Assembly: GCF_963921235.1 (NCBI RefSeq) | Contig: NC_086108.1 | Coordinates: 53,012,001-53,076,000, forward strand | DNA from: Mobula hypostoma | Taxonomy: Eukaryota | Length of the DNA: 64,000 nucleotides | Direction: 5' to 3' | Shown here: positions 52,203 to 64,000 of the stretch, in pieces | Layout of the letters: each line of letters begins with the position of its first letter | Position numbering within the stretch: position 1 is the first letter of the stretch | The notes under the pieces: generated by a model | What the model was told of the DNA's origin: nothing | The model's database searches: none | Seen by the model: only the letters and a program-made list of their open reading frames with translations | Position numbers and translations under genes: made by a program

Positions 52203-52550
52203 CTCTGTCCAAGTTGCATGCCATCTTGGACAATGTCTCCCATCCACTACATAATGTACTGGGTGGGCACAGGAGTACATTCAGCCAGAGACTCATTCCA
52301 CCGAGATGCAACACTGAGCGTCATAGGAAGTCATTCCTGCCTGTAGCCATCAAACTTTACAACTCCTCCCTTGGAGGGTCAGACACCCTGAGCCAATAGG
52401 CTGGTCCTGGACTTATTTCATAATTTACTGGCATAATTTGCATATTACTATTTAACTATTTATGGTTCTATTACTATTTATAATTTATGGTGCAACTGTA
52501 ACGAAAACCAATTTCCCCTGGGATCAATAAAGTATGACTATGACTATGAC
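52203..52550 (+). mobile_element. Rex1/Babar 3' fragment nested in the RTE
   Basis: AILDNVSHPLH..TERHRKSFLPVAIKLYN; caataaag(tatgac)n tail. Confidence 0.88.
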
Positions 52551-54321
52551 AATGCTTGTCATGCAGAAGGCGAAAAACAGAAGAGCTAAGAGACAAGTTC
52601 AAGACAGCAAAGAAGAATCTCTTTGCCACCTACAACCGACTGAAGGAAGAGGAACTAGCTGAGAGGATTAGAGAGGTAGAGGCCACTAATGAAGACAAGC
52701 AGCATGGAGAAACATGGCGCCTAATCAACGAGATCAACAGACAGAAGAAGTCCCCATCAGGTCAAATAAGTGGTAAAGCAGAAGAGGACCATGTCCAGAC
52801 ATGGTTTACCCAATTTAAGAACCTGCTGGGAAGCCCTCCAATGATCACGGAAGAAAAAGAGGACATACCCACGTTACTAACACAAGTCGACATCGATGAT
52901 GGCCCATTCACCATTGAGGAACTGAAGAGGGCTAAATATGCACTCAAACAGGGTAGGAGCACTGGACCAGATGGGATACCACCAGATGTCCTGAAGAACT
53001 GTGACCTGGATGACATCTTGCTGGACATATGTAAATCGGCACTGATGAAAGGCGACAAACCAGAACAGTGGTCACTCTCAAACACTATCCCAGTCCCCAA
53101 GTCTGGATCCCTCATGAAGACAGATAACTACCATGGTATCAGCTTGACCTGCATCTTAGCAAAGCTATACAATCGGATGATCTTGAACAGGATCCACACC
53201 GCCATTGACCCTAAACTAAGATTCAATTGAATGGTTTTCGGCAGAAACACACAACAGTAATGCAAATTCTTGCTCTCCATAGAGTCATCCAGGAAGTCAA
53301 GAAGAATGACTTACCAGCCGTGCTTACTTTCATCGATTTTCACAAAGCTTTTGACCATTCACCGAGGGAAAATGCTGAAGATCCTGAAAGCTTACGGAGT
53401 GCCAGACCATCTACTGAGAGCAATAGAGTCCACCTATACCAAAACCATGGTGAAAGTTGTATCACCAGATGGAGAAACAGCAGTGTTCGAGTTCCTAGCT
53501 GGTGTGCTGTAAGGAGACACTCTGGCACCCTATATCTTTATAATCAGCCTTGATTATGCTCTACGTCAAGCTACCAAAGATCATGACAAGCTTGGTTTTA
53601 CCATAAAACCAGGACGAACCAAAAGGGTCAAAACAGTTATGCTCACAGATCTCGATTTTGCAGATGACATAGTCCTGCTCTCTGATCAGATGGAGGAAGC
53701 ACAGCAGCTACTGAGAAAAGTGGAAATTGTGTGCAATAAAGTTGGACTTCATCTAAACGCTAAAAAGACAGAGTACATGGCGTTTAACTGTGACGAAGGT
53801 ACTCTCAATGTCACGATGGTGGGGGCATTGGGAGCAAGGGTGGACCCAAATGCAAGACACATCTTGTGAGGTTAATTAAATTTAGTTTAGTGTTTGATAC
53901 CAGGAGAGATAGGCAGGAGCAGGAGTAGCGAACTGGACAAGGACTGAGGACTACGACTAGGCTGGGACCAAGGGTCTGGGCTAGGACTTGGAATCGGCTC
54001 CCAGAACTAGAGGAGACATGAAGAGGCTAAGGTATGGACTATGAGCCAGAGACTGGGCAAGGACCCAGTACCTGGGTCTAGCCTCGGCCTCGGACCCCAG
54101 AACCAGGCAAGGACTTGACATGGGCTAGGGAGAGAGGAGGAACATGGAAACACAGAGCGTTGGTCTCAGGGAGCAGGTACATGGAACCATGGACACATAC
54201 ACAGAACACAGAGTCGGGACTCCCCCTCCTAGGGCACAGGACATAGGGCCGGGACCCGCACACAGAACAGAGAGCTGGGACCCCTCCTTGGGTACAGGAC
54301 ATAGGGCCAGGACTCATGACT

Positions 54322-54604
54322 CATGACCCTCCGCGGGGCAACAGCAAGACGGCCTGACTTACCCCACAGAGGCGAGGACAAGACGAGACAAGACATGACT
54401 CTCCGCAGGGCAACGGCAAGACAGCCTGACTTACCTCACAGAGGCGAGGACAGGACAAGACAAGACATGACTCCCCGCGGGGCAATGGTAAGACGGCCTG
54501 ACTTACCCCATGGAGGCAAGGACAAGACAAGACATGACTCCCCGCGGGGCAACGGCAAGATGGCCAGACTTACCCCACAGAGGCGAGGACAGGACAAGAC
54601 AAGA
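54322..54604. repeat. 4 x 67-72-bp tandem array within LTR C
   Basis: Units start catgac at 54322, 54394, 54466 and 54533. Confidence 0.92.
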
Positions 54605-54750
54605 CCAACACGAATGAACACCAGACAGTACCTATCTAGATCTGGTGATGGAACTAGACCAAAGTTCAGGCAGGGGCTGCAGACGAGGGCGAGAGGCGAG
54701 AGGGGCAGAGAAGGGATTCAGACAAGGGGGTAGGACAGGAATCACAGACC

Positions 54751-54990
54751 GCCAGGGCCAGGACTTGACATGGTACTTGAACGCCACCAGGGACAGGACT
54801 TGACATGGTACTTGAACGCCGCCAGGGCCAGGACTTGACATGGTACTTGAACGCCGCCAGGACCAGGACGTGACATGGTACTTGGATGACGCTGGAGCCA
54901 GGACATGGACGTGGTACTTGGATGCCGCCAGAGCCAGGACGTGGACGTGGTACTTGGACGCCACCGGAGCCAGGACGTGGTGCTTGGAAC
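54751..54990. repeat. ~6.5 x 35-36-bp minisatellite within LTR C
   Basis: Unit gccagggccaggacttgacatggtacttgaacgcc, drifting progressively along the array. Confidence 0.92.
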
Positions 54991-56009
54991 TTCCGGGTAG
55001 TGCCGAGCTCTTGACCCGGCCTGGGAACAGTAGACAGCGGCTCTTGGTTCTCTCCGGCGGGTTAACTGATGGACCCACCTTGATGAGGAAACTTTGCAGG
55101 CTCGCTTCGGCGAGGTAACTGGACAAGGTTGCTCTGGTGAGGAAAAGCGAATTACCGACACTCGCTTTGGGCGGAGACAAGGCTTGCTCCGGCCAGATGA
55201 CGTTGGCATGCCGTACCTTTGCAGATGTTCCCGCCCGAATGGCTGAAAGCCGGAGACTATAAACTACCGGTTCAGCCGAGTGTTAATTGCCTCTAATCAC
55301 CAAAGTCGAGGGACATGGGAAAACAGGGAATTAACGGTCCGGATCGTAACATAAACAAGGTAAATTTAAAGGGACCCCGATCCGGACCATGACACTCAAG
55401 ACCGTAAAGAATGATACCATTAAGAAAGTCTTTGACTTTAAGTACCTTGGATCAAGAATGATGAGTTCGGAGGACATAAAGATACGGAAGGCACTGGTGT
55501 GGAGGGCTATGAACAACATGAAGGAAATTTGGAAGTTGAACCTGACCAGAGGGCTTAAAAGGAGGATCTTCATAGCAGTCACAGAGTCCATTCTCATGTA
55601 TGGTTGCAAGACGTGGACACTCACCAAGACTATGCGAAAGTCTCTAAATGGTTGCTATACACGAATGCTCTGGATGGCTCTTGATATGAGTTGGCAACAG
55701 CACATGACGAACGTCGAGCTCTATGATGACCTACCGATGCTCACCACTAAAATTGAGGCGAGAAGACTGCAACTAGTGGGACACTGTCTACGCCAACCCG
55801 AGCTACCTGCCAGCCTAGTCATCATATGGGAGACCAAGCATGGGAGGATGAACCCTGGGCGTCCACCCAAGACTATGGTCAACACACTCCTAGAAGACAG
55901 TGGTGCGGCTAATGTAGATGAACTGAACACACTGATGAGGGAGAGGGAAAAATGGAGAGTCCGTCATCGTGCCGACAATGGCCCCCTATGCCTGAGTCGA
56001 CATAGTGGT

Positions 56010-56528
56010 AGTTTGGGCCCCTTATTTCAAAAAAGATGTATTGTCATTGAAAAGAGTCCAGAGGAGGTTCACGAGGATGATTCCAGGAATGATGGGGTTA
56101 AGATATGAGGTGTGTTTGGCAGCTTCGGGCCTGTACTGACTGGAATTTAGAGGAATGCATGAGGATCTCATCTACTGAATGCTGAAAGGATCATATAAGG
56201 TGGATGTGGAGAGGATGTTTCCTCTGTTAGGGGTATCCAGAACTAGAGGGCACAGCCTCAAAATTGAGAGGCGACCTTTTAGAACAGAGTTAAAGAGGAA
56301 TTTTTTTTAGCCAAGGAGTGGTGAATCTGCCAGACTGTGGTGGAGGCCAAGTCAGTGGGTTTATTCAAAGTGTAAGTTGATAGATCCCTGATTGGTCGGG
56401 GCATCAAGGGATATGGTGAGAGGGCAGGTGAATGGGGTTGAGTGGGATCCAGGATCAGCCATGATGAAATGGCAGAGTGGACTTGATGGGCTGAATGGCC
56501 TAATTCTGCTCCTATGTCTTATGGTCTA
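56010..56528 (+). mobile_element. CR1 3' end (continuation of the fragment ending at 51217)
   Basis: gtttgggccccttat..gtccagaggaggttcacgagg..ctgctcctatgtcttatggtct. Confidence 0.88.
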
Positions 56529-59500
56529 AGGAAAGGCACTAAAAAGACACTAAACGCATGTTGTCAGACAACAGATTAGATTTTCTTTATTCCCAAGCGG
56601 CCTTCATGGTGTGCGAGTTGAAATAGTGAGCAGGCAGCTTCTTTGCTGAAAGCATGAAATACATTGTACTGACACTGGGACTGTCATAACACCACCAATA
56701 TTCACTTCATTTTGACATTGTTAAAATCTATGGTCACATTCGTATCTTGCTGCCTCGTGAAGTGGACTGAAGGCTGATATCATGGAATTCTGTTTACAGA
56801 GCTATTCTTTATTGTAATATCATTTTTTTTCAGGTTAGATAATTTCTCTGTGATTTTCTGTATAGGCTAAACCTGTTGCAGAATAATTTCCTATGGCACT
56901 GATCGAACATTAGTCAAGTTATCAAAATCTAATCTACATTTTAAATATTCCTCTCTGCCTTCCTTCTGTAGTTCACATTTAATGCACCATGATCAGGATT
57001 TGCACTCTGAGCTGAAGTTGTAATCACATTGAAAAAAAATCCTTTGCAAACAGATTGCAAATGTAAGGCCCATTTGGAATATTGAATGGAGCAGATTTTC
57101 CAGTAGGTACCAGGAAAAAATTGCTGAATTCCCAAAGTGTTGTATCAAGGCTTCTTTTTGAAGCATTTAGTTCTTAAGTAAACAGGACAAAATTCAGATC
57201 AGTATGAGGGCTTATGACCTTGTTCCTGTTATTTCATCAATTGTGAGTACACAAGGTTAAGGCAAATCAATTTCAATATAGCTATGAAATCATCTACAAT
57301 AGAGTAAAATAGATAAGATTAGTTTGCACTCTAAATGAAGAAAGGCTTGACACAAATAGACTTTGGGACTGAGATACAAAGATCAGTAAAATATTCAGAT
57401 AGGTAGATAAAATAACCTAAAGTGCCCCTTATATTTAGAGGGTTGTCTTACAAGGGGATGGAAGTTAAGGTGTACTAATCAAAGCCCAGGTTAGATCATT
57501 GCTGGACCATTGAAGTACCAGGCCCTTAGAAGAAGTCCATCTCTCCCTGGACCTCTGGGGTTAAAGAATAGAGAGAACATTCAGGTATTAAATTTCTTGG
57601 AATTTAAGGATTTAAGGTTTGATTTGATCACTGCTTTTGAGATCTTAGAGGGGATTTATATTATTTCCTCTCATTTGGTTTTAAGGGACATTGCCAAAAT
57701 ATCGGAGCAACATGTTTTTTCGGAAATTAAGCGCTTTTTTTATTGCATAATACTTCTTCCACAATGGTTGTTGTTAATTTAAAAAATTGAATTAAGGAGG
57801 GCTATTAAGGTATAGGCAGTAAATTAGGTTAGCGAATAAATACAAATACAGACTTATACCAATCTCAGCAGAGACCTTTAATAACCTCTTGTGTTCTTGT
57901 GCTACCGTGAGACTGCACCAGATCTCCATATCTGCAAAGATTGAGAAACAAAGTTCATCAAAGAAAACTCTTGTGATTGCAAAAATTTGTAAAAATCGAA
58001 GAGTTTGTTAATCTGTTTATACTGTACGTTCTCTAGTCAGATCATCTGCAGTTAACAAGCTTTACATGCCCTATATCAGCTAGCAGCACCACCACTTACA
58101 TCACATTTTCTCTTAGCTGCATCGCTAACATTGGTGTTCCCTTTGTTTCTTCACTCCTTTTCCATTTTCTACAATGTAAAGCATACTCGCTTTCTAACTT
58201 TGCCTGAAATATTATCTCTGCTTCTCTCTACACATTTGCTGCCTGACCTGTTGAGTACCCAACGCATTTTCTGTTTTGATTTCCTAAACACAGCCTGTTG
58301 TGATGCAGCAATGATTTTGATTCTTATCTGTAATGGGAGAGATCTTGTTTCTGAGAAAAGAATACCTTGTCCATGATTTCAGTCCTTCCAGATCTGAAGA
58401 AGTTGATCTGCCTTTAATTCTTTTTTAATTGGGAAGTAATTTGTAACCATAACAACAAGGTGTGCTGCAACATCATTTCTAATGAACGTTGTTGCATACG
58501 CTATGTGCTGAAAGACTGAAAGATTTGATTTGCATCACCTTGCATAGTTAAATCCCACTTTCACTTCTAATCTAATCATATGTTACACAAACGGGATCTT
58601 GCAATTTGCTCCACTCTGCCACGACATTGCCATAAGTGGCAATATTCTTTTAAAACTTTGAAGTTAATAAATAAAAAGAAGAAAAACATATAAAGCTTCT
58701 GATATTACAAAGAGTAATACTGGGCATTGGTATTATCTAGTAATGAGTTGTTGATTCAGGGCTTTTCAAGCAGTTATTTAAACTGAGTATGTGCTTTAGG
58801 TAACAATGTATAAACATTATAATTATATACTGTGTTATAGGACATGTATTGCAATGATTGATGGTAGTGTTATTTATCAGTAATCTATGCCAAATTAAAC
58901 TATAATGATTGTGTAATGATAGCAGCACAGATGTAATGTTTCAAGGAACTGTTTTCTGGTACCAACCAAGAGACCACCCTGTCAGGAATTTATGCCAAAA
59001 TTGCTTTGGCATGGAAAAATAAATTCTAATTTTATTCTTTTGGATAAAAGTAAGCAGCTATGTAGATTTTTTTTCTGTAAGAACACACAGTAGAGTGGTC
59101 ACAGTCAAAATCACTCTCTCCCTAGAATTTTATTGACAATAGACCTCTCATGGTTTAGGATACTGTTGAAATTACTAAATGAGACTACTTTCATCTAATC
59201 ATTCCCATTTCACCTATTATTCATCAATGATCCTGATAAATAGACTCTATCTGCCTTAAGTAACCTGCTTGTTTATATTTAAGTGTTTTATTGCTTTATG
59301 TGATACATTGAATGTAGTAGCACATTTTCTTCTTCAGTTGCTGGCAATATTTGACCCTGAAGTGATCATCATTTAGACTAAAAGTCTAAAAGTTTAAGTT
59401 TCCCCCAGTTCTCTATTCCCATTTTTTATGTTCATAACTCTTTATTGAAGATGCACAATGGGTCTGATTCAATATCTGTTGGTAGCTTGTGGTAGAACAT

Positions 59501-60529
59501 TCAAGTGCCACACTTTACATGTTGGTCTGGCCATTGTGCAGTTACTCTAGTATTGGTGGGCGATAGATCTAAACTCTCAATCTTGTTCTCACTAGATGTA
59601 TGAACATGCAAGGTATCATCGCACAATGAAAGAGAGAGGAAATAAGGTTGATTATTTTCCTTCCATAATTTTATTTTCTATCCAAGTGATACTGAAACTG
59701 GTTACATTGCTCCAGCTAAGATCAGTCTTTTAGTACACTCTGAAAATCAGATTATGAGAACTTCCTACTTAGTATGACTCTGTTTAGAACCCTCAAAGAA
59801 CATAATTCAAAAACAGTTTTAAACGGAAATAACAAACAGCCAAAACCAAGAGAAAGGAATTACAAACTCAAATGTGCGTCTCTTTGGAAAAAATATGCAA
59901 TATATTCGATTTATGAAAATGCTTATTTGAGCAGTTGCTTCAGGCCATGGTGATACAATTGATAGAACTTAATAAATAATATGCAAAATGAAAAGATGAT
60001 AGAATGTAGAAGACATGAGTCAGAGTATAAAAATGCCTATTTTTTCCCTCTGAAAACGCTCTTTGTTGCAACAAAAAACAACATTTTTTGTGTGTTTGCT
60101 CTTTTATATTACATCCCATCATTCCAAGGATGTGGCTAATTTGGATCTGAATGATTCCCATTATTCCTGCGTTCTCCTTGTAATATGCCAGATACAAACC
60201 AGAGAAGGCCACAAACAGTCTTCAGTGTTAAGTAAAAAGAAGGCTTTGGGACTCATCTGTTTAAAGGGTTAATGTCATTCACACCCACTCAAGGTTGATT
60301 CATCGGACAATGAACCTTCTGTTGGCCATTCTGGGACAGCTGGTTGAATTGCAGAAGTTTGAATCCTTTGTAGGCACAAGTGAAAAAAAGTCAGGCTTTG
60401 TGAATTTTTCTTACAGAATGTTCTACAAAGTGCCTATTTGTAACAGTTAGGGTATCAGAATTTCAACTGTACTGAAAAAAGTTTGTTTAAGCTTAAGATA
60501 TTTCTTGTAGGTTGGTGCCTACGAGCATA

Positions 60530-61205
60530 TCAGAATCAGAATCAGATTCATTATCACTAATTTGTATGATGTGAAGTTTGTTGTTTTGCAACAGCAGTAT
60601 GTCAGAGATATAAAATTACTATAAGTTACAAAAATAAATAATAGTGTAAAAACAGGAATAACGAGGTAGTGTTTATGATTTTATGGACTGTTTGGAAATC
60701 TGATGGCAAAGGGGAAGAAGCTGTTCCTAAAATGCTGAGTATGGGCTTTGAGACTCCTGTACCTTCTTCCTGATAGTAGGAATAGGAAGAGGGCATATTC
60801 CAGGTGGTGAGGATGCTTAATGACTGCCTCTGCCTCTTGAAGGTGTCCTTGATGTGGGAAGGGTTGTGCCCATCATGAAACTAGCTGAGTCGACAACCCT
60901 CTGCAGCCTCTTGTGCTCCTGTGCTTTGGAATATCTATATCAGGCTGTGTGCAACCAGGCAGAATGCTTTTCACCGTACATCTATAGAAATTGCAAGAGA
61001 CCCTGGTGACATGCCAGATCTCCTCAAAATCCCAGTGAAGTAGAGCTGTTGGTGGACATTGAGTATGAGGTTGTCATTGTGACACCACTCAACCAACCAG
61101 TTTATCACATTCCTGTCTGCCCCCTCGCCACTATCCGAGATGCCACCAACAGTGCTTTCACTGGTGAATCTATAGATGGCATTTGAGCTGTGCTTAGCCA
61201 CATAA
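60530..61205 (-). mobile_element. Rex1/Babar 3' fragment
   Basis: (aatcag)n tail on the + strand at ~60530; - strand AKHSSNAIYRF..WLVEWCHNDNLILNV. Confidence 0.8.
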
Positions 61206-61274
61206 GTGAAAGACTTAAAGAACCAGGAAAAGGAAGAACATTTATCCATTTATAATCTGCACCATCTTAAAAAA

Positions 61275-62322
61275 GGATCTAGTGTTTTCGCGGCATACAT
61301 GACAAATAAACTCTTCTCGGCTCTCAGCCGGGTACAGGTATCAATTTTAACCAAGAATCTGCTGCCAAACTCATGGAAATGGAGAAGAATGGTTGCCTCC
61401 TGTTCCTGGACATTCTAATATGATGAAAACTGGATGATAGCCTTAGACATGGAAACTCACTCACATGGACTTGTACCTCAACAATAACAGCCACTATCAT
61501 GCCTCCCAATGTAGAGTGGCTCTTTGTACTTTGACTAACTGTGCAAAAACTATTTCAGACCTGGAGAACGTCCATGAGAAAATACGACAATTATGCACAA
61601 CTTTCCTACAGAATGGCTACAAGGTGAAGGAAATCAATCAGGACCTTAAAAGGGCCGAAGAGAAAACCTAACAACCAGGAGGAACCCATTGCTACTGGCA
61701 GTCTGCCCTATATTTCCACAGTATCTGGAAGGATCACCAGGATCCTGAAGAAATACTGGATTAATACCATCCACAAACACATAAGGAAGCTGAAATCACA
61801 GCTTATGCAGGTCAAAGATGACCTGAGACTCAGGTTGGCTGGAATTTACAGGGTTCCCAATGAGCCTGAAGCAGCATAGATCAGCCAGACAGTGGAAACC
61901 TGCATCAAGGAGGACAGGAGATGCATCCGTTTGGGTTACCTGGAGAAATAGCTGTAACAGAACATTGCATTTGCAATGGCCAGGGAGTTGACTTCAGTGG
62001 CACAAAACTAATGTGCTGTGCCAATGGCTTTTGGGACCACCTGGTGAAGGAAGCCATTGAAATAAAACTAGGGGAAAAGAATTTTAACAAAGATGAAAGT
62101 CTCACTCTAAGTAAGAACTGGAATTCAATTGTAAACAAGTGGGACAGCAGAAACCTGACTGGATGAGGATTAACCAATCTGGAAAGATGAATGATGGGAT
62201 ATAAATACCACTGGAACAGACATGCCCTGGCATTGTCCCTGATGAAGATGGCAGAGTTAATTATCAAAACGGCAGTTAAAATCAATACCTGTACATGAAT
62301 GAAAGCCCAAGAAGAGTTTATC
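61275..62322 (+). mobile_element. Poseidon-type PLE, 5'-truncated, preceded by an inverted copy of its own 3' terminus (61275-61352)
   Basis: MEMEKNGCLLFLDI, DLYLNNNSHYH, GIYRVP, KEAIEIKL; homologous to 35655-37148. Confidence 0.85.
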
Positions 62323-63447
62323 TGCATCATCTTAACCGCAAATCTTGGAATTTAGCACTTTTCTTATATTATACTGAAATTTCATTTCTGTATTCTAACC
62401 ACAAGTAATAGTACAGAGAGATGTGGGCCAAACACAAGAAAATGTGATTATTTTGGTTGACACCTGGGTTGGGATAGGTATTTTGGGCAAAAGGCCCTGT
62501 ATCTGTGTTGTATAACTCTATAATTCTGTGATTGACACTGCCCACTTTTGTTAGGTTAGTTTCTAGGTGCCTAAAATTTAGTAGGTAATTACTACATGGC
62601 TTAAGCTACATAATTTCTTTCCATTGGCTGAGTTACCATCAGGTGAATCAATGGAAAAGTACTGTCATGATATTTAATTTCTTCAGTCGGGGGTGGCAAA
62701 CCATTTTGAGAGCATATGCTCAAATTGGCAGTAATCTTCTCAAAAAAATTCTCTTGCATGCCATGGTAATTCTGAGCAGCGATGATCATTGATTAATGAA
62801 TTAGTAACAATAATTAAGGACTTTTTTTAAGCAAGAAGGATGAGTTCTATTGCTTACTTGTGTTGTATTCATTGTTGGACAATTAACAAAGGTATAAGAG
62901 AGACAGACTGAAATAAATAAAGTACTTTAGAAAACCTGTCCAAAAAAATTAATGTTAATCCTTCACAAAGGCAATTGAAAAATAAGTATTCATGGAGATA
63001 TTAAAGGAAATACAGTATTCATCGTTGTCATCCAGTGTTCACTCGCAAATGACAAAACAAAATATAAACAGAGTAAAGCCAATTCCAGCTGGCCCAACAG
63101 TTTACTATCCAAATGCTGATGTGTACACCAGGTCTGCAAAGAGTTCAAAATATATCAGTCAACATCACGTGTTCTTGCAACCATTTACCTGGCATCAAAC
63201 TGATGTGACGCATTTCCTGTAAAAACGTTTCGCCACACATGGGATGTAAAAAATAACTTGCTGCTTCATTTGGCAGTACATGAAATCATTATGTATCTTT
63301 TTTTTTATTATGGATGGGGTTTAAAGAATCAAGGGGTGGCACATCAAGCTGCATGCAAACAAAATGATTTTTTGTGCCACCTTGGGCATAGGTTTCATAA
63401 GTTCATCATCCCTGCCTTAGGATAAGGAATGTTTAAGATTAGAAACT

Positions 63448-64000
63448 AAGACACAAGTGACTGCAGATGCTAGAAGAACTCAGCAGCAGGAGCTTCATCT
63501 GAAGAAGCAAAGGATGGTTGTTTGTTTTATGGGCATGGCAGAAGGCAGAGTGGTAGGGAGAGTTTTAATACAAAGGCTGGTGGGCGATAGATGGAAACAT
63601 AAGAAAAAATGGCAGATGGAGGACAGATGGGTAAAGGTAAAGACTGAGGCTGGTATCTGATAGGTGGAACCAGATAGTGGAGGGATGATAGAGATATTAA
63701 CTCATGGGGGAAGGTTAGGAATGGTGAACCAAGGGAGAAGAAACCCAGATGGGTAGGTCTGTGAGTGATGGGCAGATGGAAACTAGTGGACAGGGATGAA
63801 TCGAGGTAAGAAGTTGTGGGCAGCGTGGGGTGGGGGGAGGTGATGATGCAGTGGCTTGGGATGGAAAAACTGGACAAAGGATGAGGGAAACTGGGTGAAC
63901 TGTTGGCAGTGGAAAGGGACCTCAAGGAGCTTTGTTACATCAACATGGAAAATTCAGTTTTCATATCATTGGCCACTTGGCTACCCAAGAGTGGAGAAGG
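63448..64000 (-). mobile_element. Old Neptune-type PLE 3' region running off the window
   Basis: ctgcagatgctagaagaactcagcag, purine-rich tract, then ggaaaattcagttttcat..ggctacccaag, like 4960-5010. Confidence 0.6.

Larger units (their letters stand above)
53809..55394 (-). mobile_element. Solo LTR (copy C) nested in the RTE
   Basis: TG...CA termini, 5-bp TSD ctcaa (53804-53808 and 55395-55399). RTE frame resumes across it (EGTL|KTVKND). Confidence 0.9.
51218..56009 (+). mobile_element. RTE/RTE-X-type LINE, nearly full ORF (APE + RT), disrupted and interrupted
   Basis: ILGIQEH, GGVGLML, LGNFNAQVG, SDH, NYHGISL, FIDFHKAFD, GVL*GDTLAP, DFADDIVLL, FKYLGS; tag-like tail. TSD agttt(t/g)ggcc at 51208-51217 and 56010-56019 within a CR1. 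Confidence 0.9.

Noticed and set aside
54328..54380. LTR hairpin unit as an HDV-like ribozyme (contains UCCUCGC on the - strand)
   Set aside because: Flanking bases cannot form P3 or P1; only a simple hairpin is supported.
54322..54990. Regularly spaced repeats resembling a CRISPR array
   Set aside because: Units are head-to-tail with no unique spacers, there are no cas genes, the context is eukaryotic, and they lie inside a solo LTR.
54632..55209. Long ORFs (182 and 155 aa) and similar ORFs in LTR copies A and B
   Set aside because: Open in several frames on both strands with periodic peptides, which is an artefact of GC-rich tandem repeats.
63335..63415. Possible hAT MITE end (similar trace near 50540)
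   Set aside because: Only one degenerate TIR-like end and no TSD found.

Overview
Eukaryotic, repeat-dense vertebrate DNA. The repeat families (abundant CR1, Rex1/Babar, Penelope-like, Deu-type SINE) suggest a cartilaginous fish such as a ray, though that is inference. I could not identify an intact host gene, and there is no rRNA, bona fide tRNA or CRISPR array. The window is a layered stack of decayed transposons: CR1 LINE fragments, Rex1/Babar tails, two Penelope-like (PLE) families, an RTE-type LINE, Tx1, I/Nimb and Harbinger remnants, SINEs, three related solo LTRs with 5-bp TSDs, a Gypsy relic and a Sleeping-Beauty-like Tc1. Most notable: (1) the Gypsy relic has its RT/RNaseH/integrase region replaced by an apparently intronless fragment of the host splicing-factor gene RBM25, joined in frame to the protease; (2) the Tc1 has two 'right' ends yet sits cleanly in a TA site; (3) the PLE termini carry minimal hammerhead ribozyme motifs, including ~100-bp stand-alone insertions with their own TSDs; (4) a hairpin module with a conserved loop but different stems is tandemly amplified inside two of the solo LTRs. 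Family names come from recalled motifs, not database searches. Boundaries of old fragments are approximate; TSD-defined boundaries are close to exact.
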